64,000 nucleotides of DNA from Eledone cirrhosa (lineage: Eukaryota), in assembly GCA_964016885.1 (NCBI GenBank), contig OZ024740.1:274908001-274972000 (forward strand), given 5' to 3'. The notes beneath the pieces are model-generated. The model had not been told where the DNA came from and ran no database searches. It was given only the letters and a program-made list of their open reading frames with translations. Both the position numbers and the translations under genes were made by a program. Of this stretch, positions 41,570 to 54,400 are shown one piece after another (within the stretch, counting starts at the first letter, position 1; each line of letters opens with the position of its first letter).

Positions 41570-41639
41570 CGCACCAACCTGAGGCATATGGCCCTTAAAG
41601 CGATGAAATGCCTGGGACGGTTGGAGGGTCACTGATGAA
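41570..41639 (+). ncRNA. Candidate non-circularly permuted hammerhead ribozyme (family C; element ~41345-41692)
   Basis: CGCa CCAACC uga GGCAUA^UGGCCC uuaa aGCG aU GAAA UGCC ugggac GGUUGG a GGGUCA CUGAUGA A. Confidence 0.75.
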
Positions 41640-41964
41640 GGACTTACTTTTTCATATGCCCAACCATTTGCAACGGGCAGCCTATTATTATCATATATAT
41701 ATATATATATATATAACGAAGGAAATGTGGTAAGGAACCAGGTGGACCATAACGCACCAAAGTACTCAATACTTAGGGTAGTAGAGTGGGTAATAGGAAC
41801 CAGTAAGACCCCGACGGCTGAGCTCAAGCCGTTTCGACGGCTAATTCTGGACTCGCTGTCTTACTGGTTCCTATATATATATAGGTGTCTTACTGGTTCC
41901 TATATATATTCCTATATATATATATATATAGTTAAAATAATAGAGGTGTAACACACAAGTTATT

Positions 41965-42170
41965 ATATATTGGTAAACGGAATAGAAAATGCTGACAAAT
42001 TGTTCACAGTTGAAAAATGGTTTAATACTACTGAATACTAACCCATACAAAAATGGTTTAATACTACTGAATACTAACCCATACAATCATTAATACTCTT
42101 TTATTCCTAATTAAACCATTTTTCAACTGTGAACAATTTGTCAGCATTTTCTATTCCGTTTACCAATATA
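41965..42170. repeat. (TA)n-flanked inverted repeat (~60-bp arms) with an internal 37-bp tandem duplication
   Basis: Arms ~41965-42025 and ~42109-42170. Confidence 0.8.
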
Positions 42171-42399
42171 TATATATATATATATATAATAAAATGACAG
42201 GAGGCTGGACTTGTGTAAATCCTTGAAAGGTTTATTATACTATGATCATCTCAATGACCGGGTTCCGTATAAATCCGGTGATATCATCAGGTATTCGAAA
42301 TACAACAAATGAATGTAATAGATAAAATCCATGGGGCTGAAAATCATAGACCGGAGGACGACAGACCATTTAGCATCTTCCACTTTAGCCGGTCACCCT

Positions 42400-42440
<41 letters not shown>

Positions 42441-42446
<6 letters not shown>

Positions 42447-42852
42447 TTGCGAGGTTTTTGATATGAAATCGTGTGTCGAAACAAATATTGTTATACTTGG
42501 GGAGGGTCATATTGTTGTAATAATATTGCCAGAATTAATAACAGAACACACTCAGATAAAATAAAGATGGCGTAGATATACAATACAACAGGAGGAACAT
42601 AATAGCACCACTGACGATGTTGCAGATGTGCAACGAAAGAACTTTGTTAGACTATATATATGTATCTGTTTATATCTATATTATATCTGTATTTTTTACC
42701 GTTGGTCACTCAATGGTAAACATTAAGGACCGAATGAATTAACCGATATAAAAGATACAGAAGCGAAAACAAACCAACCAAACAGTGAGTGTGTTCTGTT
42801 ATTAATTCTGCAATATTATTACAACAATATGACCCTCCCCAAGTATAACAAT
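42441..42852. mobile_element. (TA)n-flanked element with ~70-bp inverted arms and an HHR; related to 20277-20810 and 18857-19110
   Basis: Arms ~42485-42554 and ~42786-42852. HHR at 42607-42648: CUGACGA-u GUUGCA gaug UGCAAC-GAAA GAAC UU^. Confidence 0.8.
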
Positions 42853-42914
42853 ATATATATATATATACATATGCATATTTATATATAAATATATGTATAT
42901 ATATATATATATGT

Positions 42915-42965
<51 letters not shown>

Positions 42966-43314
42966 TACACACATATATGTATGTATAGTTAAATACGTAT
43001 ACATAGGCATTATATTTTGAAATATATAAACAATTACTCATATGAATGTTTAAATATATCTATGTATATATATATATATGTGTGTGTTGTGTGTTTTATC
43101 TCAAATAACGCTAATACTAGCCGATCACTATAAATATTAATTGAGAAAGTCTCGTAAAGTACTTTTAGAGGTGAGAAATATGATCAGAGGCATCTACGAA
43201 GAATTAAACCCGTATCTCTAAGCTGCGAGGATAGTCTGTTATCCACTTAGCTAATGAATTGATGGCAACCATTTCCTTATTCCTAAAAGATGTTTCTTTA
43301 TTATCATTTATAAT

Positions 43315-43489
43315 TGCACAAGGCCAGCAATTATCTCAGTGTATTACTGGTACTTTATTTTATCGACTCCGTAAGGATGAAAGGCAAAGTTAACCTCGGC
43401 GGGATTTGAACTCAGACCATAAAGCACTATAACTCTTTGCTGCAAAGCATGACGTCCGACCCTCTATCGATACTGCCAATCCCCCGCCC
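43315..43489 (-). mobile_element. tRNA-derived SINE with 13-bp TSD
   Basis: TATCATTTATAAT at 43302-43314 and 43490-43502. Confidence 0.85.
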
Positions 43490-44591
43490 TATCATTTATA
43501 ATGACCAACTATTATTGTAGTCATTTGAGTTGAAATGCACACATTTCGCATTTTATATTTTCCCATGTCTTCTAAGCCAATCGCTTTGTTTGCACATATA
43601 CCTAAAGTAAGTGTAATAATAATTCCAAGCCGCATAAGACATCTTTTTACAATCAGTCTCATCCTGGTTTGATTGCTCTCGGCAATGGTTGTATAATAAA
43701 CGAGGATAGAGATTAAACATTCATATTACCTGTTCTATCAGCGTGCTAGTGGTTATCTACTGGTATTCGTCAATTATTTTGACTTTATTACAGGTAGGAA
43801 TAGTTTCGGATATTCTGTGTAAATTTAGATAAATTTAGATGATATGAAAGTCTCTTGCAATGCAACCTTCACTCAGAATTATGTGGTTTAAATTTCCCAC
43901 GTTGTGGGTTTTGCCTTTATTTAATTATCACGTTTTACTAGCCTGTTTAATGTCAGGTCGCTCTCAACCGTAACTGGCAACATTTAACCCAATACAACCT
44001 GTCACATGGTCAGGTCATCGATGACTAAACCGGCAATCCCAGCAAGCTGGCTAGGTAAGGAGGAAGAATTGTTGACACCCTGAGCGATGAAAAACAAAAC
44101 TCGTCAAAGGGAGGTGGTACTCAGGATAGTTAACGGTTATCCAATAGAAAAGAAAATGGCTAAATAGATTTCGTTAGGCTTGGTTGGCAGTATGGAAAAA
44201 GACACTTTATTCTTAGGCCAATCACTCACTAATTTATTCTTGTACCAGATAGATGAGGGTAAAACGGAGATGTTGCTCTCTAGTAAACTTACTGATACGT
44301 GAATGAGAGTAGCTTGTATTGCTTGTGTGAATGAACCTACTCTTGGGGTGTGGAATGGAACAATTGAGCGTAGCTATTTTGAAGCTGTTCATTTGGCACG
44401 GCCGTTGAAGGGCCCGACCGGTTTTGACGCTAGCGTTTTTGATGAAGTTTTGGCGTTGAAGGCACGCACACACAGAATCAAATACATACAGAGAGAGGGG
44501 GGAAAGAGAGAGAGGCGGTACAAGAGAGAGAGGGGGGGGGCAAGAGACAGAGAGAGCGAGAGAGAAATAGAGGAGGCAAGAGAGAGGGAGC

Positions 44592-44642
<51 letters not shown>

Positions 44643-44724
44643 GGACATTAATTACATTTTAAGATTTATTTTAGAGCTTGGGGTTAACAGAATTTAAAGG
44701 TAGAAATCATGGTCTCTAATATGT

Positions 44725-44830
44725 CGTCCACCTCTTGGTCCCGGCCGACAGGATGGAGAAGACATTGCCCCGGAGGACGATGAGGGATACACGCTGGAAC
44801 AGCCACTCCACCTCACGGGGCTCGCACATT
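44725..44830 (-). mobile_element. CRE-like LINE 3' fragment
   Basis: PREVEWLFQRVSLIVLRGNVFSILSAG, homologous to 24235-24320. Confidence 0.7.
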
Positions 44831-45039
44831 GGTCATGCCCCGCTGGCTCAAGTTGGGAAGGGATGTCTGCACTGTCTAAGCCATGCTTTTTTGAAGATGA
44901 TAATGAAATTTTGAGTAGTCGAAGTTAGTTGTTATGTAAAATAAAAAATAATCGTCCGATGCTAAATATGTTTGGCGCTAAAACGGCAGTATCAAAACAT
45001 AGCTAATTCCTCAATAGGAGCTTTTAGAGAGAAGAATAC

Positions 45040-45970
45040 AAGTAGAGGTATCTATTCTGACACTTTACATTCAGGGTTCAAATCCCACCGAGAACAACTT
45101 TACCTTTCACCCTCCTGTGATCGATAAAAGAAAGTAGCGAAAACGTACTACGATCAATTTAATAGACTTTCGATTCAGCCCAATTGTTGGCTTTGTGCCT
45201 AAATTATAAACCATTATCGGTAGAGAGTCGGACACCATGCTTTGCAGCATAGAGTTACGGCCCTTTATGATCTGACTTCAAATCCCGCCGAGGTTAACTT
45301 TGCCTTTCATCCTTACGGGGTCGATTTAATTGACTTTCCCCTCCCCCAAAATTGCTGGCCTTGTGCCTATATAAAAAACCATTATTATTGCTGCTAAAGA
45401 GTGGTGGATTGGCAGTATCACGGACAACATGTTTTGTGGCACATAATTACGGCTCTTTACGTTCTGATTTCAAATCCCACCGAGGTTAGCTTTGCCTTCC
45501 ATCCTTACGGGTCGATAAAATGAAGTCCCAGTAATGCACTAGATTGGCAGTGTCGGTAGAGCGTCGGACAACATGCTTTGTGGCAAATTATTACGGCCCT
45601 TTACGTTCTGATTTCAAATCTAGCCGAGGTTAGCTTTGCCTTTCATCTTTACGTGGTCGATAAAATAAATTACCAGTAACGCACTGGGGTCGATTTAATC
45701 GACTTTCCACCTCTCCTAAAGTGCTGGCCTTGTGCCTAAAGTAGAAACAATTATTATTGCTGTTGAAGGAAAACCGTGAGAGCGTCGAACAAAATGCTTT
45801 GCTGTATTCATTCCAGTTCGTTGTTCTGACTTCAAATCTTGCAGAGGTTAACCTTCATCCGCCCAAATGTCGATAAAAGTAAGTACCAGTCAAGTAATGG
45901 AGTCAATATATTCAACTTTGCTCCCCACCCCCATTCTACGACATTGCTAGCATTGTGCCTAAATTAGAAA
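45040..45970 (+). mobile_element. Cluster of tRNA-derived SINEs including a dimer (45402-45755)
   Basis: Five head/core units in the same orientation. Confidence 0.8.
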
Positions 45971-46302
45971 CATTGTTTTTGTTGTTTGTTTTTGTATTTT
46001 TGTTGTCACGTCATTGAAGACTGTCTTTTGAGTCGCTTGGAATCACATTCCTGCCAATATTATCAGTTAATACTCCTTCCAGGCCTCTCTCCCTCTCTCT
46101 TTCTCTCTCTCACACACACACACTCTCTCTCTCTCTCTCACACACACACATACACTCTTCTATCTCTCTCACACACACACTCACACACTCACACACACAC
46201 ACACACACGCGCGCACCGCGCACACATACTCTCTCTCTCTCGCACACACACACACACGCACCCACACGCACGCACACACACACAGACTCTCTCTCTCTCT
46301 CA

Positions 46303-46346
<44 letters not shown>

Positions 46347-46862
46347 TCTATCTCTCTCACACACACACATTCTCAACTTCAGGTAGCGTAAAATCTGTGA
46401 TGTCTTTATATTTTTATCAATTTTTGGTGGAATTTTTGTTTTGTTTTTGTTGTTCTATTAGAAATACGAAGAAGATATTGTGAGTGGAAGGTGTCAACCA
46501 CTTCAGCCCCAACTTCCATAAAATTGGTGTGAAGATATAATCCGAATTAGATAATCTGATAAACAAACAACAATTTCTGCGAACATTTTCTGTTCGTAAT
46601 TTGGAGTGTTGCCTATGTATTTCAACAGCTCGTTTTTATTATTCCCCTTTCGGGGATTTGGGTGGGAAAAAATGCAGAGGGCGGAGATGAGGGGTTACTC
46701 ACACCTTAGGTTTATAAAAATAAATGTTAAATCTGACTATAAGTAACCTTAACTATATAGTTCTAAACCGAATTACTCATCTGATAATCTAACCCTTACC
46801 CTATCATCATCATCATCATCATCATCAATATTCTTATCATATTATCTCTTAAATTTGTGAAG

Positions 46863-46899
<37 letters not shown>

Positions 46900-47099
46900 T
46901 AACGAGTCCAATTTGGTGTGTTTATCATTGTCAAGGTCGTGGTCGTGGTCGTCATGTCGGTAGTCATCGCTGTCACTGTCGTGATAGTCGTCGTGATGAC
47001 TGTGGTCGTCGTTGCGACTGCCGTCACGATCACCGTCATTATTGAAGTCGTTATTACCATTTCGGCGGCCCTAATGACCAATAACGGTTTCTTATATAT

Positions 47100-47315
47100 G
47101 CACAAGGCCGGTAATTTTTTTGGGGGGAGGGGGGGGGAGAGGAAAGTCGATTAAATCGACCCCAGTGCGTGACTGGTACTTTATTTTATCGACCCCATAA
47201 GGATGAAAGGCAAAGTTAACCTCGGCGAGATTTGAACACAGATCATAAAGGGACGTAACTCTATGTTTTAAAGCATGGTGTCTGACGCTCTACCGATACT
47301 GCCAAATCCAGCGCC
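47100..47315 (-). mobile_element. tRNA-derived SINE
   Basis: Family core and head. Confidence 0.8.
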
Positions 47316-47517
47316 CTTCCTAATGTCCAATAACGAAATCATTATTGAAGACACTCTTGTTGCTCTTTAGAAGAAGGCCAGTTCTGATAGAGTTATGATC
47401 AAAGCCGTTTCTTTTATGACTATTCCATCGTATTTTCAGGGAATGTATCGAGGTATATATTATCCAATGTATCCCATACTTTTCAAGAATGCTAAGAATT
47501 ATATTTGGTTGCTACAA

Positions 47518-47810
47518 TGGGGGCGCGTCACCTAATGGTCAGGGTGTTGAACTTACGATCATAATGTCGTAGTTTCGACTCCTGGATTGGATGTGTGTGT
47601 GTTATTTTCTTGAGCAAAACACTTTATTTCACGTTGCTCTATTGTATTCAGCTTAAAATGTATACCAGCGATAGCTGAGGGGTTAACACTACGATGAACT
47701 GGTGTTATGTCCATGAAGGTGGAATCTTGTACTCCCAGTCGTTTCACGACACGGAAACTGGGAGAAACACCAGTCTGATGAACCTCCGGACTCGGGACAG
47801 ACTTTAAGCG
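47518..47810 (+). mobile_element. Second-family tRNA-derived SINE
   Basis: tRNA-like head (CTAATGGTCAGGGTG...GTTTCGACTCC) plus the TTGAGCAAAACACTTTATTTCACGTTGCTC core. Confidence 0.65.
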
Positions 47811-48658
47811 TAGCTATATCTAGCAAGTCGAAAATCCATGAAGAGATACCTCGTTGACAAAGCGATAGCAATTGATCAGTTATTCGTTTATTTTGAGGGT
47901 GACACTGTACACTTCGATACATAAGAATTTATCGTATGGTGTACATCAGAGTGTATGGGCCGTGTATGCAGGAAATACGTTTGTACCCAAATCTAGGAAT
48001 TTCCTGGGGTTTAATACAATGTTTACATATATTGTAAACTAGCAATCACAAAAGAGAAGGGACCCCAAAGAAATCTTTACACTCTACTGATAAAATCTCT
48101 CTCAAATACCCGATGTGCAATGTGTCAATCTGGGGATATAGATTATAACCCCAGTGGCCAGACAATTTAGTTTTGCATTTTTTATTGTTTGTGTTGCTGT
48201 TGTAGCTAGTGTTGTTGTTATCGTTATTCTTTCTAACATTGCTGAAAACGAAACGACCGACAAGATCCCAGACCTCATTTTCTTACCAAGTGGAGTGGAA
48301 CTTGTCAAATCAGACCAAGGAAAGAGTGTTTGGTCTTTCCATTGCTGATTTTATCTATTGGTCGTAACTCCTGGTAGAAAGATCAACGTGAAATAAAGTG
48401 TCTTGCTGAAGGACATAACGCATCACCCGATCCGGGAATCGAATTCGCAACCTCTTAATTCAATTCTCTAACAACTAAGCCATTCGTCTTCGGGAAAAGT
48501 CAATCAGATCGACCCCAATAGTTAAAAGGTACTTCGGAAAGTTAAAAGGCAAAGTTGACTTTAGTGGGATTTGAACTCAGATCATAGAATGTCATTACTA
48601 AACACCGCAAAGTAGTTTAACGCTCTAACGTCTCTGCCTTATATTCCTTGCTTTAGGA

Positions 48659-48994
48659 CAGAGGTTCGCAAAGTGAGTGCTGTGGCCCACCCTCCCTCTC
48701 CGGATGCGGGGATTGAGAAGGTCCAGGGGTCTCTGGGGCCTTAGTAGGCGGTAGACATGAGATAATAGTATAGTAAATATCAAATTATATATATATATAT
48801 TAATATGGTAAAATAAAAAATATATAATATTTATTTATACATAGTATATATTATATTATTCAATATATATAAATTAACGATTTTATTTATTATATAATAT
48901 TTTCAATTTGCGTGTAGGCAGGTTTCTCTGAAAATAGGGGTAGGGTCACTGACTCTATTAGGTGGCCGTGGCCCAAAATGTTTGAGAACCTCTG
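48659..48994. mobile_element. hAT MITE
   Basis: TIRs CAGAGGTTCGCAAA / TTTGAGAACCTCTG; 8-bp TSD CTTTAGGA / CTTTAAGA. Confidence 0.85.
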
Positions 48995-49323
48995 CTTTAA
49001 GACATTTGTCTTAAAATGAGATATTTATATGTTAGTCCATATTTCAAAAAACAATAAGAACAGTGTATCAATATATATTAATTGTATTGATTGTTTCTAA
49101 GTAAATAGCGCGAGGAAGTGCATTGCTCATTACCTTATTGACGAGATCAATACGACCGATGCTCAGTCTGAGCATCTGCAGGAAATATGTTGTCAGGTAA
49201 AAAATTGGTCTGACTACTAACAACAACATAAACTCCAGGACCAAGTTGTGATCTTACATAATAATTTGGCGCGTCTGCTACTTAAATATGTTGGAAATGG
49301 CGGCCACCAATTATTGAAATATA

Positions 49324-49537
49324 AGAGGGCGGACTAAAAGGTTCATAGGCTGAAAGATGAATAGGCTGTCCAAGTTACTCTCATGGAATTGCCAAAAGAG
49401 GATTATTTTTCAACATAGTCCATCGAAAGGAACAATGCAATTATTAATAAGAATAGTTGAAAAAAATGCATGCAATATTTCACAGCTCTAGCATCACTCC
49501 TTCATAGTCAACTCATGAACTTTTCAGCCGACTCTCG
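49324..49537. mobile_element. Tc1/mariner-type MITE
   Basis: TA-flanked imperfect TIRs GAGGGCGGACTAAAAGGTTCAT / ATGAACTTTTCAGCCGACTCTCG. Confidence 0.7.
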
Positions 49538-49924
49538 TAGGTTTGGTCTTGGCTCACTTACAAATTATCTGTGAAACGGTGCTCAACTTCAGTTTTAAGC
49601 CAGTCCTTCAACAGCAGCTGCATTTTTACCATTAAAACATCATTAAAAGAATGCTTTGCTTGGATACCTTCGAAAGAATTATCTTCCAGCATAGCAATGA
49701 ATGGCTTTCTATCGCTAAGATCACCGCTGCCAAGAAATTAAGGAGGCTACTTATGATTAATTTCAACTTTTGTTTTGTTTCTACGAGATTAGCATCTATA
49801 AAGAATTTCATAAGGTAAACTTAATGAGTTGTTGTTTGCTTGAGTTGCTTGACATCTGTCCATGCATACATTTATACATTTGTTTATGTATGTATGTATG
49901 TATGTATGTATGTATTAATGTATG

Positions 49925-49956
<32 letters not shown>

Positions 49957-50916
49957 CTAGCAGCAGCAGTACCCAGCGTTGCCTGGGGAGGTAAAATAAT
50001 ATCTGCTTTGATGAAAAGGTGTTGATCTTAGCGACTGCTTCTCGATGACTCATCTATGGACAGACACAGGCCATGCGGGGGAGGGTGGTGATGACCTCTA
50101 TCACTGAGAAATGCAGGTGACTGACGAAGGGGCATGCTGGGGGAGGAAGGTAATGACCTCTAACACTAAGCCAAATTTCCTCACGTTACTTGATTGGAAA
50201 CCGATGAATTTTCAAATACACAACTAAAAGCCCAGACGACGTCAGTGGCCATCATTTTGCCTTTGACCATCTACAGGATGTGCAATGATTGGTTCTATCG
50301 TAGTATAAAAGTTGAACCAAATAAATTGATTTATGTGTGAGATGGAGCCGAAGTTTCGAATTTGAACGAAATCGGTTGAAAAATGTGGGAGCTAATGATA
50401 GGTTCTATCGTAGTATAAAAGTTGAACCAAATAAATTGATTTATGTGTGAGGTGGAGCCAAAGTTTCGAATTAGAACGAAATCGATTGAAAAATGTAGGA
50501 GCTAGAGCCAAAAAGGCGGAAATTTGAGCGAAAAGGTGGTATTTTCGAATATTTAAGCAGCTGCCACGCCGTCCCTGAACAACAAATGCAAAATATAAAG
50601 TCATTACAGGATGTGCAATGATAAATTCTATTTTGCTTTAAAATTTGGACGAAATAGGTGGCAAAATGTGGGAGCTAGAGCCAAAAATTTTATTTTTTGA
50701 TACCTAAAAAAGGGTGACCCCCCCCCCCCTATCGATTTTTATCTGCAGAATGACCCCGAAATAAAAAACGATACTCTGATATATAGAAAACACTCCCCGA
50801 TGACTAATCTATGAGCGTGTAAAGTTTCATGAAAATTGCTCGTTAGATGTAGGTCCCTATAGGTAAAACACAGACACACAGATACACACACATACTTAAT
50901 TTTATATATATACAGA
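49957..50916 (-). mobile_element. Non-autonomous Helitron
   Basis: Minus strand A|TCTGTATATATATAAAA ... CCCAGGCAACGCTGGG hairpin ... GCTAG|T; internal ~110-bp tandem duplication at 50285-50505. Confidence 0.85.
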
Positions 50917-50943
50917 TATATAGGTATTATGTATGTATGTATG

Positions 50944-51458
50944 TGTCAGGTCGCTCTCGAGTACTACTGGTAACATGTAACCCAGTACAACCTATCTCAT
51001 GGTCGGGTCGTCGGCGACTAAGCCGGCAACCCCACCAAGCTAGCTTGGTAAGGTGGGTGATATTTGGACACACTGCGGGATGGAATACAAGATCAGGGAA
51101 CTCAGTAGAGTCAACGGCCATCCGAATAGTACTTTTTTTTTAACCTGGCAGTGAAAGGCCCCTAATTGTTGGCACAACACCTTTCTAAGAGAGGGAAACG
51201 CTGAAAAAAGAACTTGCGGCTTCGGAAGCACCCGATGATGTTGACTAGTTCTCTTTTTCGGGTAGTGTTTGCGATGCTCAGAGAGTAGGACTGGTCGAGT
51301 GCAAGGCCTTTCCCCACTTAAAAAAACCCTTCAAAGCACAGGCATTGCTTGTTCAGGGTCTGTTATAGGTTTCTGTGAATGGCCGTAGCCTAAAAGTGCA
51401 CCAAACTCTATAACCTGACAAGCGTTTGCAGTACACTTAGCAGAGTTTGCAACCATCA
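50944..51458 (+). mobile_element. Family E-related RTE-derived element (near full-length) in (TATG)n
   Basis: 5' region matches the inverted segment 11643-11848 and 43950-44145; 3' region matches 10256-10655. Confidence 0.75.
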
Positions 51459-51479
51459 TGTATGTATGTATATACATAT

Positions 51480-54400
51480 ATATATATGTGAATATAGACA
51501 CAGAATATTCGAAAATATTCTGTATGTTTATAATAAACATTTTGAAGACCTAATCGCTATAGAATAGAATACGTCACGTATTACAATTAGATTCTCGACA
51601 AAAGCAAGGGAAGTAAGTCTACGCGTTTCATTCTTGTTAGAATTCATCAGGACTACATATCCAGTGCTTTTATCGAGAATGACACAGCTAGAGACTTATA
51701 GAATACTTAGCTGTGTACAGGAACTGGTTTGAAAGAGCGGTTGCCGGTCCGGCAGAAATTAGAAATTGGAATAAATGCTCTGAAATAGCGATATATATGT
51801 GAATATAGACACAGAATATTCGAAAATATTCTGTATGTTTATAATAAACATTTTGAAGACCTAATCGCTATAGAATAGAATACGTCACGTATTACAATTA
51901 GATTCTCGACAAAAGCAAGGGAAGTAAGTCTACGCGTTTCATTCTTGTTAGAATTCATCAGGACTACATATCCAGTGCTTTTATCGAGAATGACACAGCT
52001 AGAGACTTATAGAATACTTAGCTGTGTACAGGAACTGGTTTGAAAGAGCGGTTGCCGGTCCGGCAGAAATTAGAAATTGGAATAAATGCTCTGAAATAGC
52101 GATATATATGTGAATATAGACACAGAATATTCGAAAATATTCTGTATGTTTATAATAAACATTTTGAAGACCTAATCGCTATAGAATAGAATACGTCACG
52201 TATTACAATTAGATTCTCGACAAAAGCAAGGGAAGTAAGTCTACGCGTTTCATTCTTGTTAGAATTCATCAGGACTACATATCCAGTGCTTTTATCGAGA
52301 ATGACACAGCTAGAGACTTATAGAATACTTAGCTGTGTACAGGAACTGGTTTGAAAGAGCGGTTGCCGGTCCGGCAGAAATTAGAAATTGGAATAAATGC
52401 TCTGAAATAGCGATATATATGTGAATATAGACACAGAATATTCGAAAATATTCTGTATGTTTATAATAAACATTTTGAAGACCTAATCGCTATAGAATAG
52501 AATACGTCACGTATTACAATTAGATTCTCGACAAAAGCAAGGGAAGTAAGTCTACGCGTTTCATTCTTGTTAGAATTCATCAGGACTACATATCCAGTGC
52601 TTTTATCGAGAATGACACAGCTAGAGACTTATAGAATACTTAGCTGTGTACAGGAACTGGTTTGAAAGAGCGGTTGCCGGTCCGGCAGAAATTAGAAATT
52701 GGAATAAATGCTCTGAAATAGCGATATATATGTGAATATAGACACAGAATATTCGAAAATATTCTGTATGTTTATAATAAACATTTTGAAGACCTAATCG
52801 CTATAGAATAGAATACGTCACGTATTACAATTAGATTCTCGACAAAAGCAAGGGAAGTAAGTCTACGCGTTTCATTCTTGTTAGAATTCATCAGGACTAC
52901 ATATACGTGACGTATTCTATTCTATAGCGATTAGGTCTTCAAAATGTTTATTATAAACATACAGAATATTTTCGAATATTCTGTGTCTATATTCACATAT
53001 ATATCGCTATTTCAGAGCATTTATTCCAATTTCTAATTTCTGCCGGACCGGCAACCGCTCTTTCAAACCAGTTCCTGTACACAGCTAAGTATTCTATAAG
53101 TCTCTAGCTGTGTCATTCTCGATAAAAGCACTGGATATGTAGTCCTGATGAATTCTAACAAGAATGAAACGCGTAGACTTACTTCCCTTGCTTTTGTCGA
53201 GAATCTAATTGTAATACGTGACGTATTCTATTCTATAGCGATTAGGTCTTCAAAATGTTTATTATAAACATACAGAATATTTTCGAATATTCTGTGTCTA
53301 TATTCACATATATATCGCTATTTCAGAGCATTTATTCCAATTTCTAATTTCTGCCGGACCGGCAACCGCTCTTTCAAACCAGTTCCTGTACACAGCTAAG
53401 TATTCTATAAGTCTCTAGCTGTGTCATTCTCGATAAAAGCACTGGATATGTAGTCCTGATGAATTCTAACAAGAATGAAACGCGTAGACTTACTTCCCTT
53501 GCTTTTGTCGAGAATCTAATTGTAATACGTGACGTATTCTATTCTATAGCGATTAGGTCTTCAAAATGTTTATTATAAACATACAGAATATTTTCGAATA
53601 TTCTGTGTCTATATTCACATATATATCGCTATTTCAGAGCATTTATTCCAATTTCTAATTTCTGCCGGACCGGCAACCGCTCTTTCAAACCAGTTCCTGT
53701 ACACAGCTAAGTATTCTATAAGTCTCTAGCTGTGTCATTCTCGATAAAAGCACTGGATATGTAGTCCTGATGAATTCTAACAAGAATGAAACGCGTAGAC
53801 TTACTTCCCTTGCTTTTGTCGAGAATCTAATTGTAATACGTGACGTATTCTATTCTATAGCGATTAGGTCTTCAAAATGTTTATTATAAACATACAGAAT
53901 ATTTTCGAATATTCTGTGTCTATATTCACATATATATCGCTATTTCAGAGCATTTATTCCAATTTCTAATTTCTGCCGGACCGGCAACCGCTCTTTCAAA
54001 CCAGTTCCTGTACACAGCTAAGTATTCTATAAGTCTCTAGCTGTGTCATTCTCGATAAAAGCACTGGATATGTAGTCCTGATGAATTCTAACAAGAATGA
54101 AACGCGTAGACTTACTTCCCTTGCTTTTGTCGAGAATCTAATTGTAATACGTGACGTATTCTATTCTATAGCGATTAGGTCTTCAAAATGTTTATTATAA
54201 ACATACAGAATATTTTCGAATATTCTGTGTCTATATTCACATATATATCGCTATTTCAGAGCATTTATTCCAATTTCTAATTTCTGCCGGACCGGCAACC
54301 GCTCTTTCAAACCAGTTCCTGTACACAGCTAAGTATTCTATAAGTCTCTAGCTGTGTCATTCTCGATAAAAGCACTGGATATGTAGTCCTGATGAATTCT

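Noticed and set aside
48102-48348. Short ORFs with a hydrophobic stretch
   Set aside because: No ATG start or recognisable motif; hydrophobicity is explained by GTT-rich low complexity.
49100-49760. Possible decayed LTR-retrotransposon pol remnant or exon around the mariner MITE
   Set aside because: Only vague peptide resemblance and no diagnostic motif.
50960-51030. Possible HDV-like ribozyme in the RTE-derived 5' region (GG-hairpin-CUAAGCCGG)
   Set aside because: P4/J4-2/P2-like pieces are present, but I could not build convincing P1, P3 and L3; it needs a descriptor search on full-length copies.
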